From Thermoplasmata archaeon (GTDB lineage: Archaea; Thermoplasmatota; Thermoplasmata; RBG-16-68-12; JAGMCJ01), in contig JAGMAI010000020.1 of assembly GCA_023130895.1 (NCBI GenBank), positions 1 through 47,309 on the forward strand: a stretch of DNA of 47,309 nucleotides, written 5' to 3'. A program made the translations under genes and the position numbers. Position 1 is the first letter of the stretch, and each line of letters starts with the position of its first letter. This document shows, one piece after another, positions 25,789 to 33,577 of the stretch. Below the pieces are notes generated by a model. It searched no databases, had not been told where the DNA came from, and saw only the letters and a program-made list of their open reading frames with translations.

Positions 25789-28700
25789 ATGTGGTCTGTG
25801 TGGATAGCATCGATGTCAAGAGTGTCTTCATTTATGCCATTATCGTCGTCGTGGATTGTCAACGTAACGATGAAATCGCCCTCTTCTCCGTAGATGTGAT
25901 AGAACTTCTTCGTAAGATCAACCGGGTATACACCCTCCTCTTTGTCATATGGACTGGGATATGGGTCTGTTGCACCACTTGGGCGGTATGTAAACAGCCA
26001 ATCTTGGGGTGATGTTGCATCTCCCCAATCCCAGGTGAAGGTCTCGTCATCGGTTCCAGGATCGAATGTACTGCTCTCGAATGTGACTATGTGACCCACA
26101 AACCAAGGACTCAAGTCCACACACCACGGCTCAACGTGAACCCAAAGCTCACTGTCTCTCACAAGAGACTGCTGTACGTTAAAATTGTGATGTATCCTCT
26201 CCGTACTGCCATCCTCGAAAGTCAGTATTATCCAGATGGGGTTTGACCCCCAGAGTTGCCCGCTAATCGGGTTATCGTCCTCGTAAGGATTATATGTCGC
26301 GGTGAAACAGTAGATCTTCTCCATGTCTACATACACATCGTACACTGTGTCACTCTGTCTATCTGGGTCTCCCGGATAGCGCTCTATCTCAAGGTGGGCC
26401 ATCTCATTGCTCTCAATGATTCTCCCACCGTCGCTTTCCCAGTCTTTCTCATAAAGAGTCCAGTAGATATTGTGCCATTTCTCGCCAGCTCCACGGAGAG
26501 TGAAGTCGACGTGCATGTACGCTCTATCGATGGAAGCTGTCGGTTCCACGTTGAGGACAGTAACCACCATCGTGTCTGTGGAGGTGCCTACATAGGTTTC
26601 GATGACAGGATTCCCATCCTCGTCAACGCTTTCATATGTGATTTCGTATGTGACAGTAAGTGTTACAGTGGCGACAATGTTGTCGTACCATGTGAATGTT
26701 GTCTTGCTACCTGTTCTGTCCGCAATGCCGTCTCCATCGAAGTCCCAAGCATGTTCTACGACCGTGGCGCCCTGGGGAACGTATGTGCCTGAGGCATCAA
26801 AGGAGACTATATCTCCCTCGTAGACAGTTTGATCAGCACCAGCGTCCGCGATTGGGAGCTGTGCCAACCCAGACTCTCTAACCTCATCAGGTTGCCTAGA
26901 GATCCCATCGACGTACATGGTGTAGTCTGGTGAGGGACGATTCACCTCGACAACTGCAGTAGTAGTTGGAGTGATAGAAACATTCTCATAGCGTACGTAG
27001 GTGTAGGAATCATGTCCAATCTCAATGATTTCAAGAGTGAACTCCCCCACATCTCTTCCTCTTGCCTCGATGATAACTCTGCCACTCGGATGCAAAATGG
27101 TCATCAATTCTGGATCCGAGTCAGGGCCCAGATAGAGTGTGTCAGGTATATCAACAATCCAGTTGCCAAACTCGTCTACACCGACGTGATTACCAGATTC
27201 GTCATAAGCATGCAAATCTACTGGGGATTTTGCCATAATCCAAACTACGTCTGATGAGAATCGTCCAATAAGGTCCTTTGTGGACATGGGGTTGTACGCA
27301 CCAAAGCGAGTAAGCTCCCAGCCAAACCAGGTCATATAGTCAACGTTCTTGTCGTAGTCGACAAAAGACCAAGCGCTAGTATTCACCGTGAGTATCGATT
27401 GCAGACCTTGGAAATTACTATCATAGATTTTGATTCTGATCATGTCTCCTGGTCCCATCTCATAGTCGTAAGCCAACACTGCATGATAGCCTTCAAGAGG
27501 ATTCTTTTCCGATGGGGCCTTCATGAGGACAACTATAGGAATATCACTGTCCAAGGATTCTCTTATTGTGGCAACTTCATGTTCGATCGATGTCCACCCG
27601 AAATACAGGGAGGCATATTTGAACACAATACCCGGGTCCTTAGCTGCTTGGTTCTCGGCTTCACATATCTCTAGGACAACATCACCCATTTGGAGCTCGT
27701 AAACCGTCTTTCCACCTGGTATGTCTTCAGGATGAAGATAGTAGTGACGGGCTAGCATGCTCATGGCTTCACAATGTCCTTGCATGTTCCATTCTTGAAG
27801 GTATCCATACTCAAGGCTGCCAATGAAGGGCTTCAGTTCCATGGGGGCTGTGGCAAATGAGGGATTTGCAATGACATCCGTGATAACCTCTAGTAGTGTT
27901 GGGAGAACACATGCAGGTATGTGGCCTGGGTTTGAAAAACTGAAACCATGTGTCAGTGGGTCGAAACTGGGCTTCTTCCAGAACACCTCATCGTTCTTCG
28001 CAAAACTGTCGTAGTAGACAATCTCGCAATTCTCGAATCGTTGAGAGTAGTATTTCTGCAAGATGTGAATCTTGAAGTCTCTGAATCTATCGAACGATTC
28101 CGAGTCGACCTCATCGACGTAGTTGCTGAAGAAATCATCTGGAACAAGGTCCAGACTTGGGTCACCAAAATCATTCGAGGGTTTCTTGAAATAGTCCCAG
28201 CTTGGCAAGGGCCACTCCTGCCCACACCCTCCATAGGGCGGTTTCTTGTAGTGAATGAGGTAGTAGTAGACGTCAGCGTTCAGGCCTTCCTGAGCCATTG
28301 CTTCTAGCACGAAGGACGCTGTCCTCGCATGGTCTCCATGAGTGTCCTCCGAGTGGGAAACATAGACCGTATCAGGGTTCGTACTCCCAAGTATGTCTCC
28401 GATATCTTCCAGAACCGAGTCCTTGCGGTAGAGTTTGTTGGATTCAGAATCTGGATAAGGGGATTCGTATGCATCTGTGAAGTCGGAGCGGTATACAGGG
28501 ATGCCACCTACGTTGTGGTTGTAGTTCTCTTGCCACAATGAGTCCAATCCGCCATCTGGGTACCCTAGGAACTTAATATCACCTAGGTCTAAGCCAAGGG
28601 ACGCCATTGCATCCCTTGTCTCATCTTCCCTCGCCTCACCCAAGCCGATATAGTAGGTCGATGTTCCAGGGAACGTTGGGTCCAGGTCTCTCTCGATCTT

Positions 28701-29345
28701 GACCCATGCTATGTCTGACTCATCCCAAGCATCAGCTCCGACTAGAATCTCAACATCTCCTGATGTATTGATATATTTTCCACCGTCGATCTCCTTTCGC
28801 CATATGTTTTCGCCGTCGACTTGTGTTTCCTCGATCTCATCCAAGTCACCTGTGACTTGATTCCTTGCCCAGATGCCGACGTCGTGCAATCCCCAGCCAG
28901 TCTCATGGTGTTTCATCGACAAGGTGATTTGGTCCTTATTTGGTATTCCAGTGAACAAGTAGCCCGCTCCTCCGCCTCCCTCGTTGTAGACACCAGGACT
29001 CAGGACGACGCCATTTGGATATGTCGAATCTGGACTCACCTCTCCCACCGTGTACCAATGGTCGCTGCCATTCTTGTGATATGCGAAGTGGACCTCAGCT
29101 GACGATTGGTATCCGTCTCCATTCGTAACCACAACCACGGTGACGTCGAGTCCATCTTGGACAGCCTTGTGTATTACGCCAGCTGCACCAAGCGCTTCAT
29201 CATCGGGATGAGGTGCAAAAACTACAATACTCGAACTACTCCGGACCTGGTCGGATTGTGGAGTATGTGTATCAGCATAGACGCCTAAGAGCCACAAACT
29301 TACCATCATCGTTGCTATCACGATTGCAGACAACTTGTTACACAT
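25773..29345 (-). CDS. Large secreted multidomain protein: PIG-L/LmbE-family deacetylase (with insertion), papain-like Cys peptidase-like domain, two PKD-like domains
   Basis: Signal/TM is MCNKLSAIVIATMMVSLWLLGVYA. The PIG-L motifs VVFAPHPDDEALGAAG and HGDHARTA are separated by about 270 aa. GHCEAMSMLARHYY plus GYHAVLAYDY plus IYDSN gives a Cys/His/Asp-Asn pattern. PKD-like signatures are DAGADQTVYEGDIVSFDAS...WDFDGDG and FTWDWGD...FIVTLTIHDDDNG. The ORF track starts 17 codons further upstream. Confidence 0.8.
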   Translation of the reverse strand: MCNKLSAIVIATMMVSLWLLGVYADTHTPQSDQVRSSSSIVVFAPHPDDEALGAAGVIHKAVQDGLDVTVVVVTNGDGYQSSAEVHFAYHKNGSDHWYTVGEVSPDSTYPNGVVLSPGVYNEGGGGAGYLFTGIPNKDQITLSMKHHETGWGLHDVGIWARNQVTGDLDEIEETQVDGENIWRKEIDGGKYINTSGDVEILVGADAWDESDIAWVKIERDLDPTFPGTSTYYIGLGEAREDETRDAMASLGLDLGDIKFLGYPDGGLDSLWQENYNHNVGGIPVYRSDFTDAYESPYPDSESNKLYRKDSVLEDIGDILGSTNPDTVYVSHSEDTHGDHARTASFVLEAMAQEGLNADVYYYLIHYKKPPYGGCGQEWPLPSWDYFKKPSNDFGDPSLDLVPDDFFSNYVDEVDSESFDRFRDFKIHILQKYYSQRFENCEIVYYDSFAKNDEVFWKKPSFDPLTHGFSFSNPGHIPACVLPTLLEVITDVIANPSFATAPMELKPFIGSLEYGYLQEWNMQGHCEAMSMLARHYYLHPEDIPGGKTVYELQMGDVVLEICEAENQAAKDPGIVFKYASLYFGWTSIEHEVATIRESLDSDIPIVVLMKAPSEKNPLEGYHAVLAYDYEMGPGDMIRIKIYDSNFQGLQSILTVNTSAWSFVDYDKNVDYMTWFGWELTRFGAYNPMSTKDLIGRFSSDVVWIMAKSPVDLHAYDESGNHVGVDEFGNWIVDIPDTLYLGPDSDPELMTILHPSGRVIIEARGRDVGEFTLEIIEIGHDSYTYVRYENVSITPTTTAVVEVNRPSPDYTMYVDGISRQPDEVRESGLAQLPIADAGADQTVYEGDIVSFDASGTYVPQGATVVEHAWDFDGDGIADRTGSKTTFTWYDNIVATVTLTVTYEITYESVDEDGNPVIETYVGTSTDTMVVTVLNVEPTASIDRAYMHVDFTLRGAGEKWHNIYWTLYEKDWESDGGRIIESNEMAHLEIERYPGDPDRQSDTVYDVYVDMEKIYCFTATYNPYEDDNPISGQLWGSNPIWIILTFEDGSTERIHHNFNVQQSLVRDSELWVHVEPWCVDLSPWFVGHIVTFESSTFDPGTDDETFTWDWGDATSPQDWLFTYRPSGATDPYPSPYDKEEGVYPVDLTKKFYHIYGEEGDFIVTLTIHDDDNGINEDTLDIDAIHTDHICPTR

Positions 29346-29930
29346 GACGGTTGTGTTGCGTCCTTCATCTCCCCCAATCACTATCGTTCCCTCCAACGAT
29401 ATTATCCTGGCATTTCGTTATCTCCGCATTCCCATTTAAGCCTTTGCTAGAATATTCCATTGTTGAGGCTTCTTGCCAGCACGAAAGGAGCTCTTCGATA
29501 GTCCGGTACAGAGAACATTCATAGAGTTCTAACCTCGAGACATCGAGTCCATTCTGGATTCGTCCATCCAAGGTTACTAACTTCTTCGTATCAGGCTCGG
29601 AGAAGTAGGGTCGTCAACTTGCATTTCCATTTCAGAGATAGCGCAGTGGAAGTTTCGTTTCTCAATCCAACAGCCTTCCCGAGAACCATCACGATTGACC
29701 TCTCAAGCATATCCGCTGGATATGGAATGAGTGGTGCTATCGAAAACGAAGGGATTGCTCACTGCCACTGTGAATGGATGGCAGAATGTCTCGTCTCGAT
29801 TCTCTGCAACGGCCATTCCTGCAGACCTCTCTGCTTCTTTGGCACTGCGCTTCTCGTTGGTCGAGGCTTCTCAAATGCACGCGTCCGTCATGTTCTCGAT
29901 CATCGTCAATATCCTCACATCCCAGGCTAT

Positions 29931-32477
29931 TCAGTAGAATATCCCACAGAGATCATTGATTGCTCTACGGAAATCGTCTACGACTTCTGATATGTCTTCA
30001 CGCTTCACTCTTATTTCGTGTACGCTACCACTCCGGCTAGGTGAGAGTCTCTCAGAATGAGAACGAATTCTCTCTACGTCATCTTCGCCAAGAGACCAGA
30101 CATGACTCATGAAATCCTGGGTGATCTTGTCTTCGGATTCAACATCATAAGTCTCGTATTTCGATATCATTGCATTCCACTGACCAACTCCGATGGAATG
30201 ATGCCTGTAGAACTTCCATGGAAACAGATTTCGGACTCGATGATCGGTAATGCTTTTCACTTCTTCTTCTTTGAGGGGGCCCACTCTTCCCATGAATGGC
30301 TTGCTTATCTTGTTGTCCAAGATGACTTCAAAGGCTTTGGCATAGCCCAGAATCACTCCAGAGAAGTCAGATTCTTCATGGTTTGCCAGAAGCTGGAATT
30401 CAGAAGTTTGGATGAATGTCTGAACGTTGCGCGGCAACTTCGCATATTTCGGAATCAATCTTCTGACGTCCTCCTCGCTTTTCTGCCACAGGTTCCGTTT
30501 GGTTCTTTTGAGAAGAGCAACATGAGCTTTGTCGTTCGTCTCAATCTCATCAAAGAATGCTTCAAGATCCTCCTCCACAGAAAGATCCAGCTTACGATAT
30601 CTCTCCTTGATGGCCTGCAGTTCACCCTCCAATTTCTCAACCTCGTTGCGAAGCCTTTCCTTCTCCAGTTGCTCTTGCCTGAGCTCCATTGAGAATATCG
30701 ATGAGCTAACCCAAAGATCCAAACCATCTAGAGTTGAATCCACTCTCCTCCTCAGCTTCCTACATTTCTTGGAGATGAACCTCAGGAAGCCCAGATCCTT
30801 CTGCATCTGAGCTTCTCTCTCTATCTGGAACCCGCCGTAGAGAAGGGACCTTTCAGGTCGGTCATATCTCTCGAACCATTCTGCAGCCCATTCACATCCT
30901 TTGCCTTCTTTGCCCAGAGTGAAATAAGCTAAAGAAATCTCCACAAACGCATTGATATACTGGAGCGTCACCTCATTGTTTGCGACGAACTTTTCCAGCG
31001 TTTTGATACACTTCCTTAACTCACCCGCATTTGCATAACATACGCCGATGAAGTACTCGGGTGCCACACCCTCGATTTCTGCATTTTTCCTCGCGTAGTA
31101 GACTGCTTCGTCGAGGTCAAGATGCTCTTTGATGTTCATATCGGAGTAGAATTCAGACAGCTTTCCGTATCCTCCGGGGTACTCAGGGAATCTCTCAATG
31201 ATCTCCTCCAGTACCGATACATGCTTTGGATAGTTCTTCTTGTGGAAGTAGTACTGAGAGAGTAGTAGAAGATAATTGTAGTGGCCATATTCGTCCTTCT
31301 CTTGTTCTCCTTTCAAGTATGTCTTGTCGTAGTAGTCAAGAAGGAACTTCGCGAATTCTACATCGACAACGAAGGTTTTGTGAGCCAAAGCCAGAACGTG
31401 CGGTTCCTCCAAAGGTGTTACGATTTCCTCTAGATGCTTTCTTATTGTATCCTTGGCTTTTACAGGGTCCATTATGAAGAGTGCATCGCAGTAGTTCAAG
31501 AAGTATCTTGAATCCCTTCCAGACTGATGATAGGCCTTCTCCAAGAACCCAGTGCCTTCCGGGATGTTTCCTTCGGCGACCTTGGCAATGCCGAGATTCA
31601 TCTTCAGGTATGGATCCTCATCGATTTCTTCATCAGTGTATTCTTGGCTCAGGAATTCGATGATGTCTCTGAACTTGTTGTTCAGCACTTTCGCTTGAAG
31701 ATAATACTGGGGAATTATCGACTCGTCTTTGAAATCGTCCACTATCGTCTCGACGATGGATTCGGCCTTCTCATAGTCGTATTCCATAAGGGACCGGTCA
31801 ATGAGTGTGACGAAACTCAGCAAGAGGACGTTTCTAGCAACCTTCTTCTCGAGTACCGACTTGAGGGCCATTTCATATACTTTCTTGAAGACGTCCTCGA
31901 AATCCTTTCGACGAGAATCGGACATGAGATACTCCGCGACTTCGGAACCTCCTCTGCCTTCTTTCTTGGAGAATTCCATGGTTCTTCGTATGAAGTCCTT
32001 GTCCACATTCTTGAATCGCTCCAGGCTTTCTGGTTCCAATCTGCCATATCTCGGTTGGCCAGCGAAGACCGCTGGATCGAGACAAAGAATCTCTGTCTGG
32101 GAGAATTCTGTCTGGAGTCTGAATTGATACAGAGTCTGAGAATAGAGAAGGTACAGATCCAGAAGCCGCTGTTTTCTCTTTCCTTTGGAGTTCTCGATGA
32201 GCTGTTGTACGTGAGTCAGAAGCAGCTCCAAATCCAGATGTGGCATTAGCTCTGAAGCGAATTCGTATGCTCCTGTCTCACGGATGAATATTGTGGAGAA
32301 TACGTTCTTGTAGAAGTCCGGTCTTTCTCCACAAAGCCAATCAAGAATAGACTCCCGTCCCTCATCCTTGGCTTCTCGCAGGTCTTGCGATAGGAACAGA
32401 CCTATGTAGTAGTCTTCTTTCGACCTGAATTCTTTTTCGAGATAGCGAATCGCCTTCTCGTGATCCTGACGTCTCAT
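29931..32477 (-). CDS. TPR-like / coiled-coil protein with a possible C-terminal HEPN-like domain
   Basis: 848 aa from the ATG at 32477. The N-terminal two thirds are helical-repeat, Tyr/Leu/Glu-rich and TPR-like. A coiled coil follows (LRQEQLEKERLRNEVEKLEGELQAIKERYRKL). The C-terminus has ILGYAKAFEVILDNKI and SRSGSVHE (R-x4-H). Confidence 0.55.
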   Translation of the reverse strand: MRRQDHEKAIRYLEKEFRSKEDYYIGLFLSQDLREAKDEGRESILDWLCGERPDFYKNVFSTIFIRETGAYEFASELMPHLDLELLLTHVQQLIENSKGKRKQRLLDLYLLYSQTLYQFRLQTEFSQTEILCLDPAVFAGQPRYGRLEPESLERFKNVDKDFIRRTMEFSKKEGRGGSEVAEYLMSDSRRKDFEDVFKKVYEMALKSVLEKKVARNVLLLSFVTLIDRSLMEYDYEKAESIVETIVDDFKDESIIPQYYLQAKVLNNKFRDIIEFLSQEYTDEEIDEDPYLKMNLGIAKVAEGNIPEGTGFLEKAYHQSGRDSRYFLNYCDALFIMDPVKAKDTIRKHLEEIVTPLEEPHVLALAHKTFVVDVEFAKFLLDYYDKTYLKGEQEKDEYGHYNYLLLLSQYYFHKKNYPKHVSVLEEIIERFPEYPGGYGKLSEFYSDMNIKEHLDLDEAVYYARKNAEIEGVAPEYFIGVCYANAGELRKCIKTLEKFVANNEVTLQYINAFVEISLAYFTLGKEGKGCEWAAEWFERYDRPERSLLYGGFQIEREAQMQKDLGFLRFISKKCRKLRRRVDSTLDGLDLWVSSSIFSMELRQEQLEKERLRNEVEKLEGELQAIKERYRKLDLSVEEDLEAFFDEIETNDKAHVALLKRTKRNLWQKSEEDVRRLIPKYAKLPRNVQTFIQTSEFQLLANHEESDFSGVILGYAKAFEVILDNKISKPFMGRVGPLKEEEVKSITDHRVRNLFPWKFYRHHSIGVGQWNAMISKYETYDVESEDKITQDFMSHVWSLGEDDVERIRSHSERLSPSRSGSVHEIRVKREDISEVVDDFRRAINDLCGIFY

Positions 32478-32623
32478 GGTCGTCTTCCTCTTTTTGCAGG
32501 GTGTCTTGCCAGGCGAGCGAGTACGTTGGCTATAAATGTAATCCTCGCGTGTTGCTGATTCTGGGGAAATGGACCTGTGCCAAGCCTGTATACAGGCACT
32601 GCTCAACCTACGTCGCCGGAGGC

Positions 32624-32999
32624 ATGAACATCACAGCCGCCATTACCCTCCCAACGGGATTCATTGCGGGTGCTGATGTCTACTACGTCCCAGAGAGGCC
32701 TATTGACGGTGGAGAATCGGGAATCGAGGACTTAGTGGTTGAGCTGCCTGTGCCGAGGGTCACCTGGGAAAGCCTCCGGGAGACTCATAAAACGATTCTG
32801 AAGGCCATTCTGAATGAAGGCGGGTCCTTAGAAGCTCCAAGGGGTAAGGCTGGCAGATATGCTGTCTACGACCCCTCAGAACGTCTCCTATCATCTGAGA
32901 GCCCTGGAGTCCAAGGGTCTTGTGGAAATCACCGAGCACCGCAGGGCAAAAACAGTTGTCCTGAGCAGCACTGGGCGGCTTTTCGCAAGGATATTCTAG
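32624..32999 (+). pseudogene. Frameshifted ArsR/TrmB-like winged-helix regulator
   Basis: One frame gives ...SLRETHKTILKAILNEGGS, ending in unrelated sequence. The +1 frame, from 32832, gives LADMLSTTPQNVSYHLRALESKGLVEITEHRRAKTVVLSSTGRLFARIF and a stop at 32997-32999. Together they form a canonical wHTH, so a 1-nt indel lies at about 32826-32850. Confidence 0.4.
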
Positions 33000-33075
33000 C
33001 ATCCTCACCGCCTGATGGAATCGCAACATGCAGATATTAGGAGGGGATAACGTCATTTGAGGTGGGAGGCAACCA

Positions 33076-33573
33076 ATGACAGAAGAACTCAGTGATGAAA
33101 GGAAGGATGAAATCAAGAGATACCTGTGGGAGAAGTTCTCGATCAAGACCGAAAACATCAGTGTGTATGACGAAACTTTCACTCACAGCACGTGTGGGAT
33201 TCCCAACAATCAGAGACTCGCGTTTCTTGGTGATCGCGTCTTTGACCTCATTGTAGCTGAGCATCTACTCAACACGCATCCCGGCTGTGTGAGTGGAATG
33301 CTCGATGGTGAGAGACAGAGAATCCACAATGAGACTGCTCAGACTGCAATGGCGAAGGAGATAGGTCTGATTGGACCCATGGTCTTCGGGAAGACCTATG
33401 AGAACATCCCGAAGGAAGAGCTTGAGAAGAACACAACGATCATGTCCGAAGCTCTGGAAGCAATGCTCGGAGCTATGTACTCCGACAAGGGGTTGGAGAA
33501 AGCGAGAGGAGTCTTAGTTGGACTCGTCCCCCAATCAAGGAATACCAATAAGCCAGGACTGAGAGTTCGTTAG
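33076..33573 (+). CDS. RNase III catalytic-domain protein without a dsRBD (Mini-III-like)
   Basis: 165 aa. The RNase III signature is NQRLAFLGDRVFDLIV (Mini-III-type LA-x-x-GD rather than LEFLGD). The second catalytic motif is MSEALEAMLGAMYSDKG. No C-terminal dsRNA-binding domain is present. Confidence 0.75.
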   Translation: MTEELSDERKDEIKRYLWEKFSIKTENISVYDETFTHSTCGIPNNQRLAFLGDRVFDLIVAEHLLNTHPGCVSGMLDGERQRIHNETAQTAMAKEIGLIGPMVFGKTYENIPKEELEKNTTIMSEALEAMLGAMYSDKGLEKARGVLVGLVPQSRNTNKPGLRVR

Positions 33574-33577
33574 GCAG

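Noticed and set aside
26256-28541. Several plus-strand ORFs (for example 26256-26792 and 27948-28307) inside the 25773-29345 gene
   Set aside because: They are antisense to a long ORF with multiple recognisable domains, and they have no motifs of their own.
30057-32249. Plus-strand ORFs 30057-30692 (211 aa) and 31527-32249 (240 aa)
   Set aside because: They are antisense to the TPR/coiled-coil gene. Their Leu/Phe/Ser-rich composition is typical of the reverse frame of Glu/Lys-rich coding sequence.
32501-33040. 179-aa plus-strand ORF treated as a single intact CDS
   Set aside because: Only its middle part looks protein-like, and the wHTH continues in the +1 frame. It was reinterpreted as a frameshifted regulator (32624-32999). 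Its 5' part also overlaps the start region of the TPR-like gene.
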